A stretch of DNA of 64,000 nucleotides, taken from NCBI GenBank assembly GCA_016185545.1, contig JACPNJ010000002.1, forward strand, positions 51,299 through 115,298, written 5' to 3'. How positions within the stretch are numbered: the stretch's first letter is position 1; each line of letters starts with the position of its first letter. Under the pieces are notes generated by a model. It saw only the letters and a list, made by a program, of their open reading frames with translations. It searched no databases and was not told the origin of the DNA. The position numbers were made by a program, and so were the translations under genes. Shown piece after piece: positions 1-12,215 of the stretch. The stretch comes from Candidatus Yanofskybacteria bacterium. GTDB lineage: Bacteria > Patescibacteriota > Minisyncoccia > 2-02-FULL-40-12 > IGHO2-01-FULL-4-A.

Positions 1-13
1 TCGAGGCACACGA

Positions 14-322
14 TTGCATATGTGGGTTCAGGCCAAATTAACTAGTGAAGAATTGGATTATTTGCTCCTTAATAGACTTTGCTTTTTTACAAAAATTGAT
101 GAGGATGGTCATAGACAATATTTTTCTTTTAATGACTTCTCTGATATTTTTAATCAAACAGTAACAAAATTAATACAACATGACGAAAAATTCAGAGAAA
201 AAATGATTCTTGTAAGATTTAAACAATTTATTGAGGAAAAGAAAATAATAGAAGCCGGGGAAAGCAATGGTGAATTAGTATATCTTCCCGTTCATATTCC
301 TACTTATCAAAAATTGCTTTAA
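14..322 (+). CDS. hypothetical protein, probably 5'-truncated at the window edge
   Basis: AT-rich ORF converging on gatC; no recognisable motif. Confidence 0.45.
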   Translation: MHMWVQAKLTSEELDYLLLNRLCFFTKIDEDGHRQYFSFNDFSDIFNQTVTKLIQHDEKFREKMILVRFKQFIEEKKIIEAGESNGELVYLPVHIPTYQKLL

Positions 323-611
323 CCTTAACAAAATTATCTTTACTATCCGGTACCGTTTTAATCAACTTCTCCGCATCCGCCGCTTGTTCGCCAAGCGGTT
401 TTTCATTTATTTTATCTTTACGCAAAATATTCTCCAAACCAGTAATGTGCGCGATGGGCTCTACATTATCAGTATTAACTTCCTTAAGCTTATCAATATA
501 ACCCAAAATCGCCCTGAGTTCCGAAGCCATTTTTTCTTTCTCTTTCTCGTTCAAGTGTATTCTGGCTAACTCAGCGATGTGCTCTACTTCTTTTTTATTG
601 ATATAGCTCAT
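300..611 (-). CDS. gatC: Asp/Glu-tRNA amidotransferase subunit C
   Basis: 103 aa; EVEHIAELARI...ILGYIDKLKEVNTDNVEP...LRKD pattern. Confidence 0.93.
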   Translation of the reverse strand: MSYINKKEVEHIAELARIHLNEKEKEKMASELRAILGYIDKLKEVNTDNVEPIAHITGLENILRKDKINEKPLGEQAADAEKLIKTVPDSKDNFVKVKAIFDK

Positions 612-615
612 GATG

Positions 616-2685
<2,070 letters not shown>

Positions 2686-2723
2686 TCAAAAATTACCACA
2701 TTTTGGGTTAAATTAAAATGCCA

Positions 2724-2757
2724 AGAGGCTCAACCTCTTTAAAGAGGTTGAGCCTCT
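2724..2757. repeat. perfect 34-bp palindrome, GAGGCTCAACCTC family
   Basis: AGAGGCTCAACCTCTTT|AAAGAGGTTGAGCCTCT; related copies at 8612-8661, 45086-45127, 58161-58212. Confidence 0.9.
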
Positions 2758-2801
2758 AAGTTGACTACTCCGCGTTTTCCGGCCTTCCACGCTTTTGTGG
2801 T

Positions 2802-5800
2802 TTATTTCGGGCTTACCTCCTCCCAGACAGGAATAGGTTTTTCAATACCAATTGGTTTAGTAAGGGCGCAAACATAACCATCTTTATCAGTTACGGTCTC
2901 GGTAATATTATACGTCCCAGTGGTGGTATAAGTATATGCTGGATTTTGCAAAGTTGAAGAAGGCGTGGGCGCGGGAGCTTTAAACAGCCAACTCCAAGCG
3001 CGCTGGCCTACACCACCGGCATCAAAAAACTGTGTCGTATCAGTAAACTGGACTGATTGGTTGACGGCTGGCTGTAATGGTGACCAAGAAAAATTAACCT
3101 TGGGATAAGCATGCTTTGGAGTTTTCCAGGAAGATGATACAGACCAATTGGAAACGGAATTTTGGGAATCCCAAACCCTTACTCTGGCTTTGAGCGTTTT
3201 ATCAAAGGGCAAGTTATTAGCAAAATATGATGTACCGCCAGATGATACCTTATTTGAATCAAACTCGGGAGAATTAAAAGACGCCAGATCATCAACCTGA
3301 ACCTGAAAAGCAGATTGCGGCTGTCCCTCCGGGTCAGAGTACACCCAACTTACGGTGGCGCCCGGACCGGAAACGCAATAATCTGATTCGGTAACGGTAA
3401 CGGAAGAAGCGGAAGGAGGCGAGGAGCACGCCTGTTGCAGCACCGGACCATAAACATTACTGGGAGTGGATTCATTAGAGCCTTTATAAAAAGTTACTAC
3501 ATAATAAGCGCTTTTACCAACGGCGGCAGGATTGAATATATTAAAATTAACCGGGCCGGTATCTGAGCTGGTAGAATTAACCCAACCGTTATCAACCGGA
3601 GGAACCCACTCGTCAATTTCGTTCCAATGTCCCGGAGTGATATCCTGGAAACCATTGGCAGGCAGGCTTGACAATAAAGTATAAGTGCGCCCGCCATAAT
3701 CCAAAGAAGGCCCGCCACTGGGCATGCCTTGATAGCTTGTCCAGACATGGAAACCATCCTCAATCACGGAATTGTCAAAAAAACTGGCGGGCATGTTAAA
3801 ATTACCGCCCGATGGAATACAGGACGCAGAAACAGAAATCGAAAAACTTGTCGGCCCACCATCCAACACTGTTAAATTAGTGAATCTGAAATCAGTATTA
3901 TTCAGACTATAAGCCACGGCATTGTCAACTGGGCTTTTGGCCTGCGCGCTGACCTGATAGGTTTTGCCAAGTTCGCTGTCCGGAACGCCGGCAGTACTTA
4001 CCGGAACGGAAACGGCATTGGCAGAACTGTTATTGCCGCAAGTCAGAGAAGGAAAGGTTTGCTGGCTGGCGCCGCTCACCAATCCGTTTAGCTTGTAAGT
4101 TAAAGTATAATTATTAAAAACCCAATCTGGGAAATTCGAACAATCCAACCAGACTTTAAATATCGCGGTGTCGCCTTTTTGCGGGGCAAGACTCGGGGGT
4201 GAAATGAAAACTTTAAAATTTGCCGGAATGACTGTTACGGTAATATTACCGAAAACATTACTTCCCGTGCTGCCCGTGGGAGGAAAACAAGCTACACTAA
4301 ATCCGGTGGTTTCGGCTAATGCAAAACTTTTATTCTCTGACCAGGCAAATGCCCCAAACTTTGACCCGTTCCAGTTGGGATTGGGCAAGCCGGTCACTAA
4401 TCCTACAGAACCCATTTTGCATTCAGAGGGAGTTTCTGATCCAATTAACTGATAAGCAACGGTTTCTGTCTGCCCGCTATTCACCGGATTAGGGAAAGCC
4501 TGCATTATAATATTTCCAAGATTAACAGTTTTCTGGCCGCCTTGAAGTATGCAGTTTGTCTTCACGCCAACATTGTCTTTCAAATTTATGATCCACTGCT
4601 GTCCTTCACCACCGACGGGCACTTGCAAAGTAAGGAAGGGCGCCTGCCAATCGGAATAATTGAAAGGTGGTCCGACTGACCAGAAATAAGGCGCTTGCCC
4701 TCCGCTGGCGGTAAAGGTAACTTTTCCTCCAGGCATACTAATACCTGTGGATGGCGAGCAAGTCAGGGTAAGAGGAACAGGAGTGGGGACGGGAGCAGCC
4801 ACCAACCTGACAATTACCGTGTCCGAGGCGCTGCCGCCTGGACCGGTTACGTTGTAGGTAATGGTATAAGTAAAACCGCCGGCGGTAGCACAGGTTGGAG
4901 TGGGAGGAATATTTCCGCCAGTTCCGGTAATCGTCCAATTGTTTGAATTGGTGTTGCCGCAAGGGTCAGGTGATGTTGGGCTAATAGTTAAAGTGGAACT
5001 GCCGGAAGTGGCATTGGCTGATGAGGTCCAAGAGTAACGTACGTTACCACCGGCAGTAATTGTTACATCGTCATCACTTTCGTCGTTAGCCACAAGATCT
5101 GCGGTAATGGTTTTAGGCAAGACGGAGGAAACATTCACTGTGGTAGTTGCTTCAGTAGACACGCCCTGCCTGTCAACAAGCGCATGCACTGTATAAATCC
5201 CGGCGGAAGGGTAATTACAAAGGTCAATTGCCGTATATGGTTCAAGGGCATTCGTGACATCGTGTTCGTATGTTCCATCATTTGTACAATCAAATCTGTA
5301 GCGAATATCGCCGACAGCGCTGCCTTCCACGTCAGCCGTTAAATCAACACCGTTAAGCGGAGCGGTACCGAAGGAAGGATTAGCAGAAAGAGAAACGGAA
5401 AGGGTAGGACATCCTGCCGCAGTATGAGTTACCATAATGCTATCCAAAACATTTGAAGTTCCTCCTTCAAGCAAGTAAAATGTCATGCCGTCGGTTACCT
5501 GATCACCGGAAGTTACTGTATAGTTGCCTGAAACGCCGGATGCAAACAGTTGGCCGATCGTCGGGCTATTTAAACGTATTTCCCAGCCGACATTGGCAAA
5601 ACCGGATAAAGTAGTGACGCCAGTAGTATCAGGCGAGCAGACCTGAATTGGATTGGGATCGGCAGAGATGGTGCCAATAGACGGAATATGGCTCGTGTTC
5701 ATGCCGACCATGGATACATTCGCATCATTTGCCAAAGAAATGCCAACCGCGACAATAACTTGTCCCAAGGGCGCTGTTATTTTACCTCTTATCCAACCGG

Positions 5801-6332
5801 GGAGATAACCTCGTTCGTTACAGGTACCGTCGAATGCGGCGCCCCAACCGGTTCTATTATTGATGTCGTTTAAAGGAGCGTATTCTTGATAATAACACTC
5901 ATCAGGTGGAAAACTGCTATCTCCTGAATGACCGCCGCCGGTTGCAGCGCCCCAGGTCCAACCTGTTGTGTAATGATCCGGTATGGGCTCAACTCTGGGG
6001 CCTGGATTGCCGTCGTCACCACCGCCAGAAGGACAGATAGTAGTTTGATAAAACGATACCGCGGTAAAGTCTACCAATCCGTTAGAATCAACCGGGGCTG
6101 TCCTGATAAATACCGAACAACGGTCGTCATCCGATCCATAAGCAATGGCAGTCAAGCCAAATCCGTCGGGCACGGTCTGAAGACCGCCGGCACTAGCGGG
6201 ATTTGTTCCCGACCACTCAGCATACTGCGTGGGATGGGCCGAAGCTTCCGGAGAAATGACAAAAAAAACAACGGTACCAATAAGAACAGTACAAATAATT
6301 ACTAAAGATTTTATGATAAACTTGCGGTTCAT
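2802..6332 (-). CDS. large secreted/surface protein with PKD/Ig-like domains
   Basis: N-terminal signal/TM segment; S/T/G/P-rich beta repeats; PKD-like motifs (YRFDCTNDG, WSWLF...LQNPAYTY). Confidence 0.75.
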   Translation of the reverse strand: MNRKFIIKSLVIICTVLIGTVVFFVISPEASAHPTQYAEWSGTNPASAGGLQTVPDGFGLTAIAYGSDDDRCSVFIRTAPVDSNGLVDFTAVSFYQTTICPSGGGDDGNPGPRVEPIPDHYTTGWTWGAATGGGHSGDSSFPPDECYYQEYAPLNDINNRTGWGAAFDGTCNERGYLPGWIRGKITAPLGQVIVAVGISLANDANVSMVGMNTSHIPSIGTISADPNPIQVCSPDTTGVTTLSGFANVGWEIRLNSPTIGQLFASGVSGNYTVTSGDQVTDGMTFYLLEGGTSNVLDSIMVTHTAAGCPTLSVSLSANPSFGTAPLNGVDLTADVEGSAVGDIRYRFDCTNDGTYEHDVTNALEPYTAIDLCNYPSAGIYTVHALVDRQGVSTEATTTVNVSSVLPKTITADLVANDESDDDVTITAGGNVRYSWTSSANATSGSSTLTISPTSPDPCGNTNSNNWTITGTGGNIPPTPTCATAGGFTYTITYNVTGPGGSASDTVIVRLVAAPVPTPVPLTLTCSPSTGISMPGGKVTFTASGGQAPYFWSVGPPFNYSDWQAPFLTLQVPVGGEGQQWIINLKDNVGVKTNCILQGGQKTVNLGNIIMQAFPNPVNSGQTETVAYQLIGSETPSECKMGSVGLVTGLPNPNWNGSKFGAFAWSENKSFALAETTGFSVACFPPTGSTGSNVFGNITVTVIPANFKVFISPPSLAPQKGDTAIFKVWLDCSNFPDWVFNNYTLTYKLNGLVSGASQQTFPSLTCGNNSSANAVSVPVSTAGVPDSELGKTYQVSAQAKSPVDNAVAYSLNNTDFRFTNLTVLDGGPTSFSISVSASCIPSGGNFNMPASFFDNSVIEDGFHVWTSYQGMPSGGPSLDYGGRTYTLLSSLPANGFQDITPGHWNEIDEWVPPVDNGWVNSTSSDTGPVNFNIFNPAAVGKSAYYVVTFYKGSNESTPSNVYGPVLQQACSSPPSASSVTVTESDYCVSGPGATVSWVYSDPEGQPQSAFQVQVDDLASFNSPEFDSNKVSSGGTSYFANNLPFDKTLKARVRVWDSQNSVSNWSVSSSWKTPKHAYPKVNFSWSPLQPAVNQSVQFTDTTQFFDAGGVGQRAWSWLFKAPAPTPSSTLQNPAYTYTTTGTYNITETVTDKDGYVCALTKPIGIEKPIPVWEEVSPK

Positions 6333-6335
6333 TTT

Positions 6336-6848
6336 TTAGTTTTGTTTTTTGGCAATAATAATTGTCACTACCGTCTCTTCAGTGCCGGCGTAAATAGTAA
6401 TATTCAGTTTTTCGTCATCGCCCTTGCTTGCAAACAAAGCCATGGAAAGACCGTCTTCTTCTGACTTTACGGTAAAGCCATTGCGCGCCGCATAGTCTTT
6501 CAAAACATCAAAAGTTTCTTTAATATCTTGCCGGGTAACATAAGAGTAAGCGATCAGGTTATAATCGGGATCGGGCGGTTGATTCTGTGAACTCCTGACA
6601 GAGCTTTGCAAGACTCGCACCGGTTTGGGGTCTATGGGCATATCAGATGGGAAACCCTCTGGAAGCTCGTTCCCGAAATTAATCTGATTCTGGGGGTTTA
6701 AAACTTCGACCGGCGGCTTATCCATCAGCACTACTTCATCCGGCTGCCAGCCGATAGGTTTGGATCTAAATTCGGTAATATACAAAAAAACGGCGATTAT
6801 AATCGCAAGAATAATAATCAGGATTAGATTTTTTTTACTTAAAATCAC
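6336..6848 (-). CDS. membrane-anchored hypothetical protein
   Basis: N-terminal TM helix; LPEGFPSDMP motif; GTG start. Confidence 0.65.
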   Translation of the reverse strand: MILSKKNLILIIILAIIIAVFLYITEFRSKPIGWQPDEVVLMDKPPVEVLNPQNQINFGNELPEGFPSDMPIDPKPVRVLQSSVRSSQNQPPDPDYNLIAYSYVTRQDIKETFDVLKDYAARNGFTVKSEEDGLSMALFASKGDDEKLNITIYAGTEETVVTIIIAKKQN

Positions 6849-6988
6849 TGCTTAAATAATACCACAGTTCATTTATCAATGTTATCCACATAGAAAACAC
6901 ATTTAAATACATGCTATCCGGTTGGTGCAACCCACCTAATACCGAATGCAGTTAAAAAAACCCTGACTCATTAAATCGTTTTACCGAT

Positions 6989-8533
6989 TCAATAAATCAG
7001 GGTATCAATCTCTCCCCTATCCAGGGCAACGTTAATGAGGGAACCGGAAAACTTGGGTATGTCGGGTATTAGGGAACTGGCGAAAAAACCTAAACCGGAA
7101 TCTTTATCTTCCCGGCCTCTGGTGAACATAAGGTTAGCATAAACACCAGGAAAATAATCATCCAGCTGGTTTGAGTGAGGAAGGCCAAGCATGTGACCTA
7201 TTTCATGCGCTGCAGCTTCCACACTACTCGCTATTTTCCAACGAGTAAGACCGCGAATAGTGTCAGCATTGCATGGAAAACAACTTTTGTAATCTTTATT
7301 CCTTAAGTAATCTGCATTAAGGTTTTTAAAGGAATATTCGGGAAAAGTGTTGCTTCTTCCGATTGTAAACATGGCGAAACTATACCCACCAAAAGCGATT
7401 TCTATTCCATTAGTCTGAATAGCAATGAGCAGGTTTCTATTCGGATAAACAGCTGCCAATTCCGCCAGCATCTTGTTGAGGCCATTGCCAGTGGTGGGAT
7501 TGTTAAAATCCGTGTAAACAACTAGATTTTCTTGGCCGTTTACCAGACCCACACTGACTTTCTGGTCAAAATCGCGAGCGAAATCAACCGAAGAAGTGAG
7601 GTCCTGCTGACCGGAGCGTTGAAGTTCTATGTCATACCAGTTGAGAACTTCTTGAGCGAGGAACCGCAGGCCACTAACATAATCGGGATCGGACGCGATG
7701 CCTTTCGGCACGAAGTAAACAGCCTGAATTGAATGCTTGCTAATCTCGGCCATGTCAAGATATCGCGGCGGGAGGGGTGAGGCATTATCCATCAGGAAGG
7801 CGCCGTTCGGTTGCCCTTCAAATTCCAGCGCCAAGACACTGATATTTCGTTCGGCCACCACTTCAACCGTGCCATGAAATTCTTCTCGGCCATTGAGGAA
7901 CTCCGGAAAGAAAGCCGTCCAATCAAGCAGTTCAGCGATGTGGCTTCTGGGCTGGAGCGTAATTCTTTTTTGGGTAACTTTTATGCCACCCTCATCAACC
8001 AGAGTCAAGTCAACGTAACTTGGCTTGTCCTGCGAATTAGCCAAGGCGATACCGGTGTTTCGCCAAAAAGCCGGATGTTTGACGTAATTGGCGAAAATTG
8101 TGAACGCCCTCCGGGTGGGGCTGGGCGGAACCGCGGTCCTGATTCTGAAAGCCGGGTAGTGGTACTCAATCTTTCCGGCAATCCTAACATCGGACTCAAC
8201 TATGGCCAAGCCCTGGGTTGAACCAGTACTTCGGCCAAGTGTTGTTATCGTAATTGCTCCCCCCTTGGGGAGGCCAAATGTTAACGGCGTCATGCCCTTG
8301 TCAGTTTCAACAGCCACTTCGTTGCCAAAGTTATTGTAGAACCGCAGGGTTGCTCTGCCGGCATGGGTCCGCAAAAGGTTTGTAAATTGAAACTTATTGA
8401 ACCACCCATCTCCGTCTGTCCAGTGAGGAAAGTGGAGAGTTGTTTTTAATGGCGATTCTTGATCTTGAGCAAATACTGGCGAAACTACAAAAAATAACAA
8501 AACCGCAAATACAACAGCAAGTAATTTTTTCAT
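6989..8533 (-). CDS. secreted metzincin-type zinc metallopeptidase
   Basis: signal peptide; HEIGHMLGLPH (HExxHxxGxxH) followed by LM Met-turn; AAGGAG SD upstream. Confidence 0.75.
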   Translation of the reverse strand: MKKLLAVVFAVLLFFVVSPVFAQDQESPLKTTLHFPHWTDGDGWFNKFQFTNLLRTHAGRATLRFYNNFGNEVAVETDKGMTPLTFGLPKGGAITITTLGRSTGSTQGLAIVESDVRIAGKIEYHYPAFRIRTAVPPSPTRRAFTIFANYVKHPAFWRNTGIALANSQDKPSYVDLTLVDEGGIKVTQKRITLQPRSHIAELLDWTAFFPEFLNGREEFHGTVEVVAERNISVLALEFEGQPNGAFLMDNASPLPPRYLDMAEISKHSIQAVYFVPKGIASDPDYVSGLRFLAQEVLNWYDIELQRSGQQDLTSSVDFARDFDQKVSVGLVNGQENLVVYTDFNNPTTGNGLNKMLAELAAVYPNRNLLIAIQTNGIEIAFGGYSFAMFTIGRSNTFPEYSFKNLNADYLRNKDYKSCFPCNADTIRGLTRWKIASSVEAAAHEIGHMLGLPHSNQLDDYFPGVYANLMFTRGREDKDSGLGFFASSLIPDIPKFSGSLINVALDRGEIDTLIY

Positions 8534-8611
8534 GGTTTTTCTCCTTGTTTTGAAAGTACTTTCCTACATATTCCCATATTAGCACAAAAATAAACAAAGG
8601 TCAAATTAAAG

Positions 8612-8661
8612 AGAAACTTAGAGGCTCAACCTCTCAAGAGAGGTTGAGCCTCTAAGTTTCT
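8612..8661. repeat. inverted repeat with 24-bp arms, GAGGCTCAACCTC family
   Basis: AGAAACTTAGAGGCTCAACCTCTC-AA-GAGAGGTTGAGCCTCTAAGTTTCT. Confidence 0.9.
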
Positions 8662-8686
8662 AAGCCGTAGTTTATAGTTTTATGGT

Positions 8687-9097
8687 TTATATGTTCACCT
8701 CAAATGATCTGGTTACACCCCGGTAAGTACCGGTAGATTTAATCGGGAATGCTGCACAATCGGCCTCTATGAACGGGGCATTGGTAGCGCCATTAATAAA
8801 AGTCGCGCCGTTGCTCATAGTCGGCTGCGCGGTTGAACCGACCCTATTAATGTATAAGCACCATTCAATCCCGCTTTCAGCCGCATATAACGCTCCTACT
8901 GAACTTTTGACATCAGAAGACACTCGTATTTTGGGAATAAAAATCGCTGAGAGCGTAAGGCTGATGGTTAACAAAATATCCATTAAGAGTATGGCAAAAA
9001 TAACGGCTACCCCTTCTTGACCAGGTTTTAGGTTTTGGGTTATCCTCCTTCGCATAAAGCTTCGGATGGACACCGTAGGTTTTAGGTTAAAAATCAT
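8687..9097 (-). CDS. PilX-like minor pilin
   Basis: QEG|VAVIFAILL hydrophobic helix, ALYAAESGIE motif; last gene of the minor pilin run. Confidence 0.75.
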   Translation of the reverse strand: MIFNLKPTVSIRSFMRRRITQNLKPGQEGVAVIFAILLMDILLTISLTLSAIFIPKIRVSSDVKSSVGALYAAESGIEWCLYINRVGSTAQPTMSNGATFINGATNAPFIEADCAAFPIKSTGTYRGVTRSFEVNI

Positions 9098-9152
9098 AAA
9101 TTGAGCAGGTTATAGGTTATAGCAACCCACTCTATTACCTGTCAGCTTTCAC

Positions 9153-9674
9153 CTAATTTGAAAGAAATCTCTGCGATACTGTAGTCTGTATATCTATTGT
9201 CGCCTGCTGTCTGGTTTTGGCACTTCTAAGACTAGCAATAATGGTAACGTGCGGCTGTCGTTGATCGTCAACACTAATACCGGAAGGACAAAACTCTAAA
9301 CGAGTAAATTCAACAGTATTGGAACTTATAACACTATCGGTGCCATTTACTATCCGATGGACTGCATTTCCTGAAAGCGCATAGGTAATGCTTCCATTAA
9401 CCGGATGGGTAATACTCAAAGTATTTACGGGACAATCGGAAGCCGGACCGACAATTTGGCTCACGCGAATTTCTTTGGTCATAAATTCAAGAATAAAACC
9501 GGCATTTTCTACCGCTTGTTGAAGATTAAACGCCCGTCTTTGCAAATCCAAAGAGCTGATAAAAACTCCACCCATTAAAACTGCCAACACAGAAAACAAG
9601 AAAACAACCAAGATGGTTTCAACCAGGGTAAAACCAGCGTTTAGCGTTGAGTGTTTAGCGTTTAGAAATTTCAA
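9153..9674 (-). CDS. prepilin-type minor pilin (PilW-like)
   Basis: G|FTLVETIL class III signal; TTG start. Confidence 0.85.
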   Translation of the reverse strand: MKFLNAKHSTLNAGFTLVETILVVFLFSVLAVLMGGVFISSLDLQRRAFNLQQAVENAGFILEFMTKEIRVSQIVGPASDCPVNTLSITHPVNGSITYALSGNAVHRIVNGTDSVISSNTVEFTRLEFCPSGISVDDQRQPHVTIIASLRSAKTRQQATIDIQTTVSQRFLSN

Positions 9675-9752
9675 TCAAGCTAGCGTTTAACGTTTAGCAT
9701 TTAGCGTTTAGTAAGTTCGACTATACGCTAGCCGCTAATCGCTAATTGCTCT
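9675..9752 (-). repeat. intergenic heptamer-repeat hairpin (GCGTTTA-type)
   Basis: degenerate GCGTTTA units facing CGCTAAT units; fills the gap between a stop and a TTG start. Confidence 0.75.
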
Positions 9753-10256
9753 TTATTTCCAGTTAAAAAGATGCTCCTCCGCGCTGATTGACTTGGACGC
9801 TCCACCACGTTCAATCCAAACTACATCCACAACAATTTTTTTCTCTACATCAGCAACCACGGTGTCAATTTCAATAGTGCGTTTAAATATCGTATCGCTG
9901 CCCATATCATAACTAAAAATACCGCTACCAGGATCTCTTTTTAAATTCGGATTGCTACCCAAGTCAATTAGTGCTTGTGAATCCCATTGAATCCTGTAGG
10001 TGCCATCGGGTATTGATGAACCAAAAGGACCGCCCAAAAACCAGTCTTGGTCACGCAGGTTTCGCACCACTTCAAACCCCTCTTGCGCAAGACCGCTAGC
10101 AATAAAATTATTTTTGATAGCGGTGGCACTTCTGTTGTTCATTGTCAAAATGAAAGTTGTCGCCGTAGAGGCCAAACCAAAAAGAAAAATAGCAATTAGA
10201 ACCTCAATCAACGTAAACCCATTTTTGATTTTTGATTTTTGATTTTTGATTTTCAT
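9753..10256 (-). CDS. prepilin-type minor pilin (PilV-like)
   Basis: G|FTLIEVLI, LAQEGFEVVR; N-terminus encoded by GATTTTT tandem repeats. Confidence 0.85.
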   Translation of the reverse strand: MKIKNQKSKIKNGFTLIEVLIAIFLFGLASTATTFILTMNNRSATAIKNNFIASGLAQEGFEVVRNLRDQDWFLGGPFGSSIPDGTYRIQWDSQALIDLGSNPNLKRDPGSGIFSYDMGSDTIFKRTIEIDTVVADVEKKIVVDVVWIERGGASKSISAEEHLFNWK

Positions 10257-10822
10257 TTAAGATCTATCTGTCCTGACGTAAAAACATTTATTTCCGTGCA
10301 GGTGTTTTGCGCGCAATTATTCTGGTTTTTAAGCTGAATGGTTAAAGTTGCGGGTGGGATATTCAAAGAAGATTTGTTATTTATATATGTCTTCGGATCC
10401 GGTGGTTCAAAGAATATGTCATTAAATGATGAACGAAATTCCATGTTAGTATTGATTAAAATTTTATTTTCCGTGATCGGGTCGCCCGACTGATAGTTGT
10501 GGGTAGCGACCGAAGAACACGGCCCTGAAACTGGCACTGTTTTGACATAAATAAAATAAGAAGTTGGGTTTACATAATGAAAGCCGTAGCCGCATACCAG
10601 GTTACCCTGATAGCGGCTACCGGATAAAGCAAGGGACTGCGCCCTGCGAATATCCGACAAAACCACGGAGGCCGTTTGGACACGGGCGGTCTTACTTGTG
10701 GGCGATGACCTGAAATTTAAAATTAAAACCACTGAAAAAGTGGCAATAATAGCACTTACAACGAGTAACTCTATTATACTAAACCCGCCGTTCCCTGTAA
10801 TTATACCCCTCTCTTTTTTCAA
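10253..10822 (-). CDS. prepilin-type minor pilin (FimT/FimU-like)
   Basis: G|FSIIELLV, SDIRRAQSLAL; TTG start. Confidence 0.82.
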   Translation of the reverse strand: MKKERGIITGNGGFSIIELLVVSAIIATFSVVLILNFRSSPTSKTARVQTASVVLSDIRRAQSLALSGSRYQGNLVCGYGFHYVNPTSYFIYVKTVPVSGPCSSVATHNYQSGDPITENKILINTNMEFRSSFNDIFFEPPDPKTYINNKSSLNIPPATLTIQLKNQNNCAQNTCTEINVFTSGQIDLK

Positions 10823-10904
10823 CGAAGGTGTCAGGTGTCAGGTGTCAGGTGTCAGGTTTAATTTTCTGTAACCTGAAACCTGTAACCTGCAACCTAAAAC
10901 CTAA
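10823..10904 (-). repeat. intergenic heptamer-repeat hairpin (AGGTGTC x4)
   Basis: four perfect AGGTGTC units from 10826 opposite degenerate AACCTGN units. Confidence 0.9.
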
Positions 10905-11309
10905 TTATTCGTATTTTACCTCAATCAAATCTCCGGTTTTAATTTTAATTTTATTTATATCTGCCGTATTGACCGATTTTTTATTCAAATAAAAATTCCA
11001 AGTCAGGTTTCCAGGGTTAGTTGTACCATCTATTTTGGTCAGAACCACGCCGCTATTTTCCTGAATTGTGTACCTTAATTCAAAATCGCCGCCCAATGAA
11101 GAAGAATACAGGGCTTCAAGAATACTCATGTCGGCCATTACGGGACCCTTGAATTTTCTGCTCTTGCCGTTTTCAAAATTTATCACCATCTGCGCTTCGG
11201 CGCTTGCCTCAGGCAAGTTAAACTTAAAATAGAAAAAAACTCCGCCCAAAACTAAAATAGCAACTCCCGCGATCAAACTATTTCTTAATATTTTGTTAAT
11301 CTTACCCAT
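10905..11309 (-). CDS. membrane-anchored DUF4430-like protein
   Basis: N-terminal TM; SILEAL...IDG...WNFYLN...IKTGDLIE pattern. Confidence 0.6.
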   Translation of the reverse strand: MGKINKILRNSLIAGVAILVLGGVFFYFKFNLPEASAEAQMVINFENGKSRKFKGPVMADMSILEALYSSSLGGDFELRYTIQENSGVVLTKIDGTTNPGNLTWNFYLNKKSVNTADINKIKIKTGDLIEVKYE

Positions 11310-12109
11310 TACTTCAAAATAAATGGTACCGAAAAGAATAATGGCTTTATTTTTTCCAAAATCCCCTGGCCTAAGAAAATATAAGCGGTTGCAGAAAAAC
11401 TAATAAATGTTCCCAGTGGCAGCTTTGTTTTTAGGTTTGCCCGATAACTTGCTAACAAAACCAGCCCCGCCACCGTTCCCGCTATTATCGCGCCGTAAAT
11501 TATAATCAACCCGCCCCAAAGCCCAAAAATCAATCCAATCAGACCGGCCAATTTGGCGTCACCCAGTCCAAGCCAAGTTCCTCTTGATAAAAACCAAAGA
11601 AGAAAAAACGCTGAAAATAAAACGGCCGCACCGATAAAATTGTTAAAAGAAAAAATATTAAACCCGTAACCGCTAAATACCTGTTCAAAAATTCCATACC
11701 ACAAGACACCAAAAATCATTACGATCATTATTGAATCCGGCAGAATAAAATTTTTAAGATCAATCAGGGCGAGTATGAATAAAGATTCTAAAATAAAAAC
11801 CGTAAATAACCAATCAACAACTCCGGCCCGGTTAGTGAAGTAGAAAGACAGTAAAAAAATAGTTCCGGAATACAACTCAACCGCCGGGTACAGCCAAGAA
11901 ATCGGCTGGCGGCATTGCCGACATTGAGCTTTCAGCAAGAAAAAACTAACAACCGGGATTAAATCATGCCACGATATTTTTTTACGGCAGTTCGGACAAG
12001 CAGACCGTCCCCAAAAAATCCCCCACCCGCGCGGAACTCTGTAAATAACAACATTAGCAAAACTACCGACAACCAGACCAAGGAGGAAGATATAAATGAA
12101 CAGCAACAA
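11309..12109 (-). CDS. pilD: prepilin peptidase
   Basis: GSFANVVIYRVP, two CxxC, IDLK and GLGDAKL aspartates; TTG start. Confidence 0.95.
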   Translation of the reverse strand: MLLFIYIFLLGLVVGSFANVVIYRVPRGWGIFWGRSACPNCRKKISWHDLIPVVSFFLLKAQCRQCRQPISWLYPAVELYSGTIFLLSFYFTNRAGVVDWLFTVFILESLFILALIDLKNFILPDSIMIVMIFGVLWYGIFEQVFSGYGFNIFSFNNFIGAAVLFSAFFLLWFLSRGTWLGLGDAKLAGLIGLIFGLWGGLIIIYGAIIAGTVAGLVLLASYRANLKTKLPLGTFISFSATAYIFLGQGILEKIKPLFFSVPFILK

Positions 12110-12215
12110 AGTTTATAAAGTTCATCAAGTTCATAAAGTTTATCAAGCAAAAAACAACATTACTTTATTACTTTATAAACTTTTAACTTCAGGAACTTTT
12201 AACTAGCGCTTCGCG
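12110..12215 (-). repeat. intergenic 9-mer repeat hairpin
   Basis: TTTATAAAG/TTCATCAAG units facing ACTTTAT/AACTTTT units. Confidence 0.75.
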
